Assembly: GCF_044647545.1 (NCBI RefSeq)
Contig: NZ_CP172818.1
Source: Escherichia coli
Lineage (GTDB): Bacteria; Pseudomonadota; Gammaproteobacteria; Enterobacterales; Enterobacteriaceae
DNA: 64,000 nucleotides
Direction: 5' to 3' (one strand)
The translations under genes were made by a program, and so were the position numbers. This document shows positions 38,843-48,695 of this stretch, piece after piece (the first letter of the stretch is position 1; every line of letters begins with the position of its first letter). The notes under the pieces are model-generated. The model did not search any database. It was given only the letters and a program-made list of their open reading frames with translations, and was not told where the DNA came from.

Positions 38843-41800
38843 ATGAAACGACATCTGAATACCTGCTACAGGCTGGTATGGAATCACATGACGGGCGCTT
38901 TCGTGGTTGCCTCCGAACTGGCCCGCGCACGGGGTAAACGTGGCGGTGTGGCGGTTGCACTGTCTCTTGCCGCAGTCACGTCACTCCCGGTGCTGGCTGC
39001 TGACATCGTTGTGCACCCGGGAGAAACCGTGAACGGCGGAACACTGGCAAATCATGACAACCAGATTGTCTTCGGTACGACCAACGGAATGACCATCAGT
39101 ACCGGGCTGGAGTATGGGCCGGATAACGAGGCCAATACCGGCGGGCAATGGGTACAGGATGGCGGAACAGCCAACAAAACGACTGTCACCAGTGGTGGTC
39201 TTCAGAGAGTGAACCCCGGTGGAAGTGTCTCAGACACGGTTATCAGTGCCGGAGGCGGACAGAGCCTTCAGGGACGGGCTGTGAACACCACGCTGAATGG
39301 TGGCGAACAGTGGATGCATGAGGGGGCGATAGCCACAGGAACCGTCATTAATGATAAGGGCTGGCAGGTCGTCAAGCCCGGTACAGTGGCAACGGATACC
39401 GTTGTTAATACCGGGGCGGAAGGGGGACCGGATGCAGAAAACGGTGATACCGGGCAGTTTGTTCGCGGGGATGCCGTACGCACAACCATCAATAAAAACG
39501 GTCGCCAGATTGTGAGAGCTGAAGGAACGGCAAATACCACTGTGGTTTATGCCGGCGGCGACCAGACTGTACATGGTCACGCACTGGATACCACGCTGAA
39601 TGGGGGATACCAGTATGTGCACAACGGCGGTACAGCGTCTGACACTGTTGTGAACAGTGACGGCTGGCAGATTGTCAAAAACGGGGGTGTGGCCGGGAAT
39701 ACCACCGTTAATCAGAAGGGCAGACTGCAGGTGGACGCCGGTGGTACAGCCACGAATGTCACCCTGAAGCAGGGCGGCGCACTGGTTACCAGTACGGCTG
39801 CAACCGTTACCGGCATAAACCGCCTGGGAGCATTCTCTGTTGTGGAGGGTAAAGCTGATAATGTCGTACTGGAAAATGGCGGACGCCTGGATGTGCTGAC
39901 CGGACACACAGCCACTAATACCCGCGTGGATGATGGCGGAACGCTGGATGTCCGCAACGGTGGCACCGCCACCACCGTATCCATGGGAAATGGCGGTGTA
40001 CTGCTGGCCGATTCCGGTGCCGCTGTCAGTGGTACCCGGAGCGACGGAAAGGCATTCAGTATCGGAGGCGGTCAGGCGGATGCCCTGATGCTGGAAAAAG
40101 GCAGTTCATTCACGCTGAACGCCGGTGATACGGCCACGGATACCACGGTAAATGGCGGACTGTTCACCGCCAGGGGCGGCACACTGGCGGGCACCACCAC
40201 GCTGAATAACGGCGCCATACTTACCCTTTCCGGGAAGACGGTGAACAACGATACCCTGACCATCCGTGAAGGCGATGCACTCCTGCAGGGAGGCTCTCTC
40301 ACCGGTAACGGCAGCGTGGAAAAATCAGGAAGTGGCACACTCACTGTCAGCAACACCACACTCACCCAGAAAGCCGTCAACCTGAATGAAGGCACGCTGA
40401 CGCTGAACGACAGTACCGTCACCACGGATGTCATTGCTCAGCGCGGTACAGCCCTGAAGCTGACCGGCAGCACTGTGCTGAACGGTGCCATTGACCCCAC
40501 GAATGTCACTCTCGCCTCCGGTGCCACCTGGAATATCCCCGATAACGCCACGGTGCAGTCGGTGGTGGATGACCTCAGCCATGCCGGACAGATTCATTTC
40601 ACCTCCACCCGCACAGGGAAGTTCGTACCGGCAACCCTGAAAGTGAAAAACCTGAACGGACAGAATGGCACCATCAGCCTGCGTGTACGCCCGGATATGG
40701 CACAGAACAATGCTGACAGACTGGTCATTGACGGCGGCAGGGCAACCGGAAAAACCATCCTGAACCTGGTGAACGCCGGCAACAGTGCGTCGGGGCTGGC
40801 GACCAGCGGTAAGGGTATTCAGGTGGTGGAAGCCATTAACGGTGCCACCACGGAGGAAGGGGCCTTTGTCCAGGGGAACAGGCTGCAGGCCGGTGCCTTT
40901 AACTACTCCCTCAACCGGGACAGTGATGAGAGCTGGTATCTGCGCAGTGAAAATGCTTATCGTGCAGAAGTCCCCCTGTATGCCTCCATGCTGACACAGG
41001 CAATGGACTATGACCGGATTGTGGCAGGCTCCCGCAGCCATCAGACCGGTGTAAATGGTGAAAACAACAGCGTCCGTCTCAGCATTCAGGGCGGTCATCT
41101 CGGTCACGATAACAATGGCGGTATTGCCCGTGGGGCCACGCCGGAAAGCAGCGGCAGCTATGGATTCGTCCGTCTGGAGGGTGACCTGATGAGAACAGAG
41201 GTTGCCGGTATGTCTGTGACCGCGGGGGTATATGGTGCTGCTGGCCATTCTTCCGTTGATGTTAAGGATGATGACGGCTCCCGTGCCGGCACGGTCCGGG
41301 ATGATGCCGGCAGCCTGGGCGGATACCTGAATCTGGTACACACGTCCTCCGGCCTGTGGGCTGACATTGTGGCACAGGGAACCCGCCACAGCATGAAAGC
41401 GTCATCGGACAATAACGACTTCCGCGCCCGGGGCTGGGGCTGGCTGGGCTCACTGGAAACCGGTCTGCCCTTCAGTATCACTGACAACCTGATGCTGGAG
41501 CCACAACTGCAGTATACCTGGCAGGGACTTTCCCTGGATGACGGTAAGGACAACGCCGGTTATGTGAAGTTCGGGCATGGCAGTGCACAACATGTGCGTG
41601 CCGGTTTCCGTCTGGGCAGCCACAACGATATGACCTTTGGCGAAGGCACCTCATCCCGTGCCCCCCTGCGTGACAGTGCAAAACACAGTGTGAGTGAATT
41701 ACCGGTGAACTGGTGGGTACAGCCTTCTGTTATCCGCACCTTCAGCTCCCGGGGAGATATGCGTGTGGGGACTTCCACTGCAGGCAGCGGGATGACGTTC

Positions 41801-41962
41801 TCTCCCTCACAGAATGGCACATCACTGGACCTGCAGGCCGGACTGGAAGCCCGTGTCCGGGAAAATATCACCCTGGGCGTTCAGGCCGGTTATGCCCACA
41901 GCGTCAGCGGCAGCAGCGCTGAAGGGTATAACGGTCAGGCCACACTGAATGTGACCTTCTGA
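38843..41962 (+). CDS. flu: Antigen 43 self-associating autotransporter adhesin
   Basis: 1039-aa ORF from MKRHLNTCYRLVWNHMTGAFVVASELARARG (extended signal peptide), beta-helical passenger repeats, C-terminal beta-barrel ending ...QATLNVTF. Confidence 0.9.
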   Translation: MKRHLNTCYRLVWNHMTGAFVVASELARARGKRGGVAVALSLAAVTSLPVLAADIVVHPGETVNGGTLANHDNQIVFGTTNGMTISTGLEYGPDNEANTGGQWVQDGGTANKTTVTSGGLQRVNPGGSVSDTVISAGGGQSLQGRAVNTTLNGGEQWMHEGAIATGTVINDKGWQVVKPGTVATDTVVNTGAEGGPDAENGDTGQFVRGDAVRTTINKNGRQIVRAEGTANTTVVYAGGDQTVHGHALDTTLNGGYQYVHNGGTASDTVVNSDGWQIVKNGGVAGNTTVNQKGRLQVDAGGTATNVTLKQGGALVTSTAATVTGINRLGAFSVVEGKADNVVLENGGRLDVLTGHTATNTRVDDGGTLDVRNGGTATTVSMGNGGVLLADSGAAVSGTRSDGKAFSIGGGQADALMLEKGSSFTLNAGDTATDTTVNGGLFTARGGTLAGTTTLNNGAILTLSGKTVNNDTLTIREGDALLQGGSLTGNGSVEKSGSGTLTVSNTTLTQKAVNLNEGTLTLNDSTVTTDVIAQRGTALKLTGSTVLNGAIDPTNVTLASGATWNIPDNATVQSVVDDLSHAGQIHFTSTRTGKFVPATLKVKNLNGQNGTISLRVRPDMAQNNADRLVIDGGRATGKTILNLVNAGNSASGLATSGKGIQVVEAINGATTEEGAFVQGNRLQAGAFNYSLNRDSDESWYLRSENAYRAEVPLYASMLTQAMDYDRIVAGSRSHQTGVNGENNSVRLSIQGGHLGHDNNGGIARGATPESSGSYGFVRLEGDLMRTEVAGMSVTAGVYGAAGHSSVDVKDDDGSRAGTVRDDAGSLGGYLNLVHTSSGLWADIVAQGTRHSMKASSDNNDFRARGWGWLGSLETGLPFSITDNLMLEPQLQYTWQGLSLDDGKDNAGYVKFGHGSAQHVRAGFRLGSHNDMTFGEGTSSRAPLRDSAKHSVSELPVNWWVQPSVIRTFSSRGDMRVGTSTAGSGMTFSPSQNGTSLDLQAGLEARVRENITLGVQAGYAHSVSGSSAEGYNGQATLNVTF

Positions 41963-42076
41963 CAGAACCATCGCCTCTCTGTGGTCCCGGTCATCATGAC
42001 CGGGACCCGGACCGGCGCAACGGATCTTCAACGCCACATTCGCTGGCATTAACAATAACATGATATTCATCACGGA

Positions 42077-43615
42077 GTGACTATGTTACAGATAGTCGGC
42101 GCGCTGATCCTGCTGATCGCAGGATTTGCCATTCTTCGCCTTTTGTTCAGAGCATTAATCAGCACGGCTTCTGCGCTGGCAGGGCTCATATTGCTGTGTC
42201 TGTTCGGCCCGGCCTTACTGGCTGGCTATATCACCGAACGCATAACCCGGTTGTTCCATATTCGCTGGCTGGCAGGCGTATTTCTGACGATTGCCGGAAT
42301 GATCATCAGCTTCATGTGGGGACTTGATGGTAAACATATCGCGCTGGAGGCTCACACCTTTGACTCTGTGAAATTTATTCTGACCACCGCTCTCGCCGGT
42401 GGTCTGCTGGCTGTTCCCCTGCAGATCAAAAACATTCAGCAGAACGGGATCACACCAGAAGATATCAGCAAGGAAATTAACGGGTATTACTGCTGTTTTT
42501 ATACTGCCTTTTTCCTTATGGCGTGTTCTGCATGCGCACCATTGATCGCGTTACAGTACGATATTTCACCGTCACTGATGTGGTGGGGCGGGTTGTTGTA
42601 CTGGCTGGCTGCATTAGTGACGCTGCTATGGGCGGCCAGCCAGATCCAGGCGCTGAAAAAACTGACCTGTGCCATCAGCCAGACACTGGAAGAACAACCG
42701 GTGCTCAACAGTAAATCGTGGCTGACCAGTTTGCAAAACGATTACAGCCTTCCTGACTCACTGACGGAGCGCATCTGGCTGACGCTCATTTCTCAACGGA
42801 TTTCCCGGGGAGAGCTGAGGGAATTTGAACTGGCAGACGGAAACTGGTTACTGAACAATGCCTGGTATGAAAGAAACATGGCAGGGTTTAACGAACAGTT
42901 GAAAGAGAACCTGTCATTCACACCTGATGAACTGAAAACGCTCTTCCGGAACCGCCTGAATTTATCACCGGAAGCGAATGACGATTTTCTCGATCGTTGC
43001 CTGGACGGCGGTGACTGGTATCCCTTTTCAGAAGGTCGCCGTTTTGTATCATTCCATCACGTGGATGAGCTTCGTATCTGTGCCTCCTGCGGGCTGACAG
43101 AAGTACATCATGCCCCGGAAAATCATAAGCCGGATCCGGAATGGTACTGCTCCTCTCTTTGTCGCGAAACAGAAACACTGTGTCAGGAAATTTATGAACG
43201 CCCTTACAACAGCTTTATTTCCGATGCAACGGCGAATGGTCTGATTCTCATGAAACTGCCGGAAACCTGGAGTACAAATGAGAAAATGTTTGCTTCCGGA
43301 GGGCAGGGACATGGGTTTGCCGCTGAACGGGGAAACCATATTGTCGACAGAGTCCGTCTGAAAAACGCACGGATCCTCGGTGATAATAATGCCAGAAATG
43401 GAGCAGACAGACTGGTCAGCGGAACAGAAATCCAGACGAAATATTGTTCAACTGCAGCCCGTAGCGTCGGTGCGGCATTCGACGGACAAAACGGACAGTA
43501 TCGTTACATGGGAAATAATGGCCCCATGCAACTGGAAGTCCCCCGTGATCAGTATGCCGGCGCTGTTGAAACCATGAGGAATAAGATCCGCGAAGGTAAA
43601 GTAGAGGAGCGATGA
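42077..43615 (+). CDS. yeeR: Prophage inner-membrane protein of unknown function with Cys-rich C-terminal region
   Basis: 512-aa ORF; N-terminal TM helices; CASCG...CSSLC motif. Confidence 0.75.
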   Translation: MTMLQIVGALILLIAGFAILRLLFRALISTASALAGLILLCLFGPALLAGYITERITRLFHIRWLAGVFLTIAGMIISFMWGLDGKHIALEAHTFDSVKFILTTALAGGLLAVPLQIKNIQQNGITPEDISKEINGYYCCFYTAFFLMACSACAPLIALQYDISPSLMWWGGLLYWLAALVTLLWAASQIQALKKLTCAISQTLEEQPVLNSKSWLTSLQNDYSLPDSLTERIWLTLISQRISRGELREFELADGNWLLNNAWYERNMAGFNEQLKENLSFTPDELKTLFRNRLNLSPEANDDFLDRCLDGGDWYPFSEGRRFVSFHHVDELRICASCGLTEVHHAPENHKPDPEWYCSSLCRETETLCQEIYERPYNSFISDATANGLILMKLPETWSTNEKMFASGGQGHGFAAERGNHIVDRVRLKNARILGDNNARNGADRLVSGTEIQTKYCSTAARSVGAAFDGQNGQYRYMGNNGPMQLEVPRDQYAGAVETMRNKIREGKVEER

Positions 43616-44058
43616 CGCCCGGCGAGCGCAGTCTCATTCAGCGGGCCCTGAAAACCCTGGACCGCCATCTTCATGAACCCGGCGTGCCCTTCACCTCCAC
43701 CCGTGCGGCACGGGAATGGCTGATTCTGAACATGGCGGGACTGGAGCGTGAAGAATTCCGGGTGCTGTATCTGAATAACCAGAATCAGCTGATTGCCGGT
43801 GAAACCCTCTTCACCGGCACCATCAACCGCACGGAAGTCCATCCCCGGGAAGTGATTAAACGCGCCCTGTATCACAATGCCGCTGCCGTGGTGCTGGCAC
43901 ACAATCACCCGTCCGGTGAAGTCACACCCAGCAAGGCAGACTGCCTTATCACGGAACGTCTGGTACAGGCACTGGGCCTGGTGGATATCCGGGTGCCGGA
44001 CCATCTGATAGTCGGTGGCAACCAGGTTTTCTCCTTTGCCGAACATGGTCTGCTTTAA
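43612..44058 (+). CDS. yeeS: RadC-like JAMM-domain protein
   Basis: 148-aa ORF with HNHPSGE JAMM motif. Confidence 0.8.
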   Translation: MTPGERSLIQRALKTLDRHLHEPGVPFTSTRAAREWLILNMAGLEREEFRVLYLNNQNQLIAGETLFTGTINRTEVHPREVIKRALYHNAAAVVLAHNHPSGEVTPSKADCLITERLVQALGLVDIRVPDHLIVGGNQVFSFAEHGLL

Positions 44059-44120
44059 CCCGTCACAACCACATCACACCTGTTTTCACTTTTATCTTCT
44101 GTCTTCAGAGGTATCCCACT

Positions 44121-44342
44121 ATGAAAATTATCACCCGTGGCGAAGCCATGCGTATTCACCGTCAGCATCCGGCATCCCGTCTTTTTCCGTTCTGTACCGG
44201 CAAATACCGCTGGCACGGCAGTGCTGAAGCTTATACCGGTCGTGAAGTGCAGGATATTCCCGGTGTGCTGGCCGTGTTTGCCGAACGCCGTAAGGACAGT
44301 TTTGGTCCGTATGTCCGGCTGATGAGCGTCACCCTGAACTGA
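44121..44342 (+). CDS. yeeT: DUF987-family small protein
   Basis: 73-aa ORF MKIITRGEAMRIHRQHPASRLFPFCTGKYRWHGSAEAYTGREV... Confidence 0.75.
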   Translation: MKIITRGEAMRIHRQHPASRLFPFCTGKYRWHGSAEAYTGREVQDIPGVLAVFAERRKDSFGPYVRLMSVTLN

Positions 44343-44416
44343 AAGTGGGAATTCTGCTCATCAGAATTATCACCACTACCGAACCATTCTTACCGATTTT
44401 CTGTAAGGATTTTATC

Positions 44417-44785
44417 GTGTCAGACACACTCTCCGGGACAACACATCCCGACGACAATCACGACCACCCCTGGTGGGGACTACCCTGCACCGTGACGCCC
44501 TGTTTCGGCGCCCGTCTGGTGCAGGAGGGTAACCGCTTGCATTACCTTGCCGACCGCGCCGGTAACAGAGGCCTGTTCAGCGATGCAGATGCGTACCCCC
44601 TGGACCAGGCCTTTCCGCTGCTGATGAAACAACTGGAACTCATGCTCACCAGCGGTGAACTGAATCCCCGCCATCAGCATACCGTCACACTGTATGCGAA
44701 GGGGCTGACCTGTGAAGCTGACACCCTCGGCAGCTGTGGTTACGTTTATCTGGCTGTTTATCCGACGCCCGAAACGAAAAATTAA
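44417..44785 (+). CDS. cbeA: Type IV antitoxin (cytoskeleton bundling-enhancing factor)
   Basis: GTG start; VSDTLSGTTHPDDNHDHPWWGLPCTVTPCFGARLVQEGNRLHYLADRAG... matches CbeA/YeeU. Confidence 0.8.
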   Translation: MSDTLSGTTHPDDNHDHPWWGLPCTVTPCFGARLVQEGNRLHYLADRAGNRGLFSDADAYPLDQAFPLLMKQLELMLTSGELNPRHQHTVTLYAKGLTCEADTLGSCGYVYLAVYPTPETKN

Positions 44786-44873
44786 CCCACCGGAATAACC
44801 TTCTGCTCCGGCCTGGTGCTTTCACCACGCCACTTTTCCATTTTTATCTCTGCATATCAGGAAAATCTTCAGT

Positions 44874-45246
44874 ATGAAAACATTACCCGTATTACCCGGG
44901 CAGGCGGCGTTCTCGCCCGTCTCCTGTTACCATCTGGCAGATACTGCTCACCCGATTACTGGACCAGCACTACAGCCTTACGCTGAATGACACACCGTTC
45001 GCCGATGAACGCGTGATTGAGCAGCATATTGAGGCAGGCATTTCACTGTGTGATGCAGTGAACTTTCTCGTGGAAAAATACGTACTGGTACAACTGACCA
45101 GCCGGGATTCAGCGCCGGAACCCGTCTCAGTTAATCAACAGCATTGATATCCTCCGGGCTCGCCGGGCAACCGGTCTGATGACCCGCAGCAACTACAGAA
45201 CGGTAAATAACATTACCCTGGGTAAGTATCCGGAGGCGAAAAATGA
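44874..45246 (+). pseudogene. cbtA: Type IV toxin CbtA (YeeV), frameshifted at least twice
   Basis: [12 protein letters not shown] then frame lost; second frame [54 protein letters not shown]; third frame DILRARRATGLMTR.NYRTVNNITLGKYPEAK runs into yeeW. Confidence 0.7.
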
Positions 45247-45439
45247 AATGACGCTGGAAGCCGACAGCGTTAACGTACAGGCGCTGGATATGGGGCACAT
45301 TGTCGTTGACGTCGATGGTGTTAATCTCACTGAACTGATTAATAAAGCCGCTGAAAACGGTTATTCACTCCGCGTGGTGGATGACCGTGACACTACCGAA
45401 ACACCGGCAACTTCTGCCAGCCCTCATCAGTTGCCGTAA
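45247..45439 (+). CDS. yeeW: Small prophage protein
   Basis: MTLEADSVNVQALDMGHIVVDVDGVNLTELINKAAENGYSLRVVDDRD...; in this sequence its frame is continuous with the last cbtA fragment. Confidence 0.6.
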
Positions 45440-45479
45440 GACAATACAGTGATACAGAGTATAATGCCATTAGCCACAG

Positions 45480-45492
45480 AAAAAAAAAAAAA
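45480..45492. repeat. A13 homopolymer
   Basis: 13 consecutive A downstream of yeeW. Confidence 0.9.
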
Positions 45493-45605
45493 CAGCACTG
45501 TTGTCCTGTATTAAACAGGCAAGAGAAGATATCCATACCCTGCGCCATCTGCAGCTTCTGCACCAGAACCGGTGAATCTCACTCAACAGACTTCATTTCC
45601 CCTGA

Positions 45606-45637
45606 CGCCAGCCTGAATACAGCTGGCGTTTTCATTT
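45606..45637 (+). terminator. Intrinsic-terminator-like hairpin
   Basis: CGCCAGC-ctgaataca-GCTGGCG followed by TTTTCATTT. Confidence 0.45.
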
Positions 45638-45733
45638 ATATACAGAAAGGAAAACCGATAATAATGGAATGGACGCCCCGACCATGAAGCAACGGTAGGA
45701 TATTACTGATAAACCTTCCAGTGGAGGTGCGTT

Positions 45734-45813
45734 ATGGCCGTTTTAACGATTAGCATTGACCTGACAAAAAATGAATTCCAAATCCACGGTCTGGGTAGGA
45801 ACAGAAAAATCTA
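45734..45813 (+). pseudogene. N-terminal remnant of an IS110-family-like transposase (26 codons then stop)
   Basis: MAVLTISIDLTKNEFQIHGLGRNRKI resembles the xGIDxxKxxFQ.HG start of IS110-family transposases. Confidence 0.35.
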
Positions 45814-45889
45814 AGCTCAGAAAACGGATTAAAGTAAGCGTCAACGGAGCACCATATTGACGCTTATTTATTGGTGAGAACTACGTTCC

Positions 45890-46246
45890 ATGGCAGGAGT
45901 TCGTCAACACGGTTGGAGGGCCATTCCGGCAGTATGCTCAGAATATGGCGCAGATACGCTTCCGGATCGATACCGTTCAGACGGCAGGTGCCTGCTTTTC
46001 CGGCAACAAGCAGGAATCTCAGCGCTGAAGCAGGAATTAGAGGTAAAAACGCCCTACCGGGCCATGAATCACCCGGTCATTGGAGTAGTAACCAAAGCAG
46101 ATTTAGCCAGCATGGAACAAATATCTTTGGTGAAATGTTGGTTACGGGAAGCTGGAGCGCACAACGTGTTAGTAACCAGTGCGGTTAATAACAATGGAGT
46201 TACAGAACTTTTTGCCTTGCTGCATACAGAAGAAGGCTGCCGCTAA
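45890..46246 (+). pseudogene. yoeF: EutP/PduV-family GTPase C-terminal fragment
   Basis: 118-aa ORF ending ...HPVIGVVTKADLASMEQISLVKCWLREAGAHNVLVTSAVNNNGVTELFALL; lacks N-terminal P-loop. Confidence 0.55.
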
Positions 46247-46346
46247 TTTCGATAGGTTCTCAGATGAGAATGATGACGGTGATACACAGATAAGAATCAA
46301 TGAGCAATGAGGGTTGCCGGGCAACCCTCATTGAATAAAACAGGAA

Positions 46347-46676
46347 TTACTTCGCTTCGCCGTTTTTCATTTCGCCCATAGCTTTCAGCTTTTTGGAGAT
46401 ATCGCGGCGTTCTTTGGAGAGCTCGGCATTTTTGATGATGTAATCGTCAACGCGATCTTCATAGTCACCTTTCATGCTGGCGATGATGCCCTGGATTGCT
46501 TCAACGCTCATCCCTGGCTTGATGTAATCGCTCAGGTTGTCCAGCAACAGGACGCGCTTCTGGTTGTCACGGATCTTTTTCTCAACGTCCTGAATTTCAC
46601 GTTGCAGTTTGTTCTTACGACGGAACAGACGAACAAATTCCAGTACGTCCTGGAATGAAGGCTTGGTAGTTTCCAT
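46347..46676 (-). CDS. yeeX: DUF496-family protein
   Basis: Internal start [42 protein letters not shown]... Confidence 0.8.
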   Translation of the reverse strand: METTKPSFQDVLEFVRLFRRKNKLQREIQDVEKKIRDNQKRVLLLDNLSDYIKPGMSVEAIQGIIASMKGDYEDRVDDYIIKNAELSKERRDISKKLKAMGEMKNGEAK

Positions 46677-46847
46677 TTTTATACCCCTGATAATGTGAGA
46701 GTCGGATTCGTTTAAGCAACCGCTATTCGATAGGGCCAACATTACTCATAGCTGCCGCAGATGACAATGCTTTTATCCCTTTTCACTATCATACCCTTTA
46801 TCCTTGCTGAATCGAAGCAGCAGCAAGATGATTCTGAAGTTCAGGAA

Positions 46848-47906
46848 TTATTTGCGCAAGGCCCGGCAAATCAGATTCGATAGCAACTCAAGCTGATGCG
46901 CCGTTTCCATGTTCAGCCACACATAACCATAGATTGGTGTTTCCACAACCTTCAGGTCATGGTGGTTATTAAGCAACAGACGCAGCTCTTCCACAGCATC
47001 GTTCAATTTTTCCGTATTGGCAAAAACCGGCTGCGGATTACCTTCGTACAGCGCATGAACAAGGCTCAGCAGTATTTGCTGCATCATGTGCTGGGTATCA
47101 CGAAGTTTTTGCGCGTTCAATAACACGAAATGGCTGGGGCGCGTGGCCCAGTATGCATTGATTTGCAACTCCAGCATACAAACCAGATTGCGGTTAATGG
47201 TCTGGATACCTTCATATATCGATTTTGGAATACGGGTTTCTTTGCTGGCGGGCGCAATCAGCCCACGCATTTTCACGGCATCGGTCAGCAGTTTTTGTAG
47301 ATGGCTTTCCAGACGTGGGCGTTCGAGTAAGTTCGGTGAGAATGCAGATTGATAGACCCGATTATACTCGGTCAGACTTTTCGCCAGTTGAATGCGCCAG
47401 TGGATGAACGCCCGTTGTGGCCAGATACCGGTAAACAACATTGCCAGTAAAGAGCCGAGGATCACATCGCCGCTTCGCCATAACGCCGTATCAATTTCAC
47501 CTGTCGGGGAACCCACAACAATTGCCAGCGTCACCCCAATCAATAATCCTTGATACGGTTTCTTGCCCAGCGCCAGCCAACCGCAAAGAAACATCGCCGC
47601 CGCGCACCAGACTAACATCAGCGGTAACGAAATTAACTCCAGTTGCAGAGCGATAAGACCTAAAATCGAACCCAACACCGTACCGCCAATACGTTCGAAG
47701 GCACGAGGGACAACGTTCCCCCAGAACGAGATTGGCCCCATAATCACCACCATGGTGACCAGCGGCCAGGTGCTTTCCGGGATAGTAAACAGGCGGATAA
47801 TGAGAAAAGTGAGCAGGAATGCCAGCGCGACCCGAGTACCATGCACAATGCGGTAATGGCGGTATACCCGGATTTCAAACGGGCTTAATGACTTATCGGC
47901 ACGCAC
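46848..47906 (-). CDS. yeeA: FUSC-like inner-membrane protein
   Basis: 352-aa polytopic ORF matching YeeA. Confidence 0.8.
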   Translation of the reverse strand: MRADKSLSPFEIRVYRHYRIVHGTRVALAFLLTFLIIRLFTIPESTWPLVTMVVIMGPISFWGNVVPRAFERIGGTVLGSILGLIALQLELISLPLMLVWCAAAMFLCGWLALGKKPYQGLLIGVTLAIVVGSPTGEIDTALWRSGDVILGSLLAMLFTGIWPQRAFIHWRIQLAKSLTEYNRVYQSAFSPNLLERPRLESHLQKLLTDAVKMRGLIAPASKETRIPKSIYEGIQTINRNLVCMLELQINAYWATRPSHFVLLNAQKLRDTQHMMQQILLSLVHALYEGNPQPVFANTEKLNDAVEELRLLLNNHHDLKVVETPIYGYVWLNMETAHQLELLSNLICRALRK

Positions 47907-48103
47907 GCAGAAACTCCGTAATGAAGATTAAAAGCGCTCATAACACATCTGTCGGCCAGAAGGCGCGCCTCTGAGTTATCCGACGGACATACCGGGAACA
48001 GTGTAATTTCCCGGCAGGAGCGAAAAATTTGAAAGGCGCATCTTACTCTTTTCGCTTTCAAAAAAAGAGTGGTCTTCGCGTCAACACACCGCCCTGAGAT
48101 GAA

Positions 48104-48577
48104 TTAGTGATGTTTTGGCTGCACCGCAACATACATTTCGATATCCCAGTACCCATCTTCCGCGCCATTGTTCAAGTAAACCTCGAAGCAGGGCTTTGGT
48201 AACATTTCATAGGCACTGTCCTGCAAGAGGCTATTAAAGAACTGATACCAGGGTTTAGCAAAATCATCACCGACTACACGAGCCACCGCCACCGCATACT
48301 GACCACCTGAAATTTCTGTCAGAATGACGCCCTCACTGTTTTCGGGGAGCGTAAAGTTATTCGGCACCGTCACGACGGTGTCGCAGCGTAATTTTTCGGC
48401 GGGTGTTTCATCTGGATTGTCGTAATAGACAGCAACCCACTCCTTCGGCACAATATTTTTGCTATCTATCCACATCATCAACTGCTCAAAGCCTTTCTTT
48501 ACCGTCTGTTCCCACGGGCCAACGAGATGGAAACCTGCAACGGTACGTTTATCTTCCTGCTTAATCTCGTAGTTCAT
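48104..48577 (-). CDS. sbmC: DNA gyrase inhibitor (SOS-induced)
   Basis: 157-aa [50 protein letters not shown]...; LexA box upstream. Confidence 0.85.
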   Translation of the reverse strand: MNYEIKQEDKRTVAGFHLVGPWEQTVKKGFEQLMMWIDSKNIVPKEWVAVYYDNPDETPAEKLRCDTVVTVPNNFTLPENSEGVILTEISGGQYAVAVARVVGDDFAKPWYQFFNSLLQDSAYEMLPKPCFEVYLNNGAEDGYWDIEMYVAVQPKHH

Positions 48578-48591
48578 GACGCCCCCATTAA

Positions 48592-48611
48592 TACTGTTTT
48601 TATATACAGTA
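48592..48611. promoter_or_regulatory. LexA (SOS) box upstream of sbmC
   Basis: TACTGTTTTTATATACAGTA is a perfect palindromic CTGT-N8-ACAG LexA box. Confidence 0.75.
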
Positions 48612-48695
48612 TAGTTGCAATATTAAAACCACAAGGAATGAGTGTTGATTATGCGAGCAGACTCGCACTCCTGCCAGTCTGCTGCAAAAGAAAGG

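Noticed and set aside
39230-41389. Long antisense ORFs inside flu (225 and 354 codons on the minus strand)
   Set aside because: They lie entirely within the well-supported Ag43 reading frame on the opposite strand; GC-rich repetitive coding sequence commonly yields spurious antisense ORFs.
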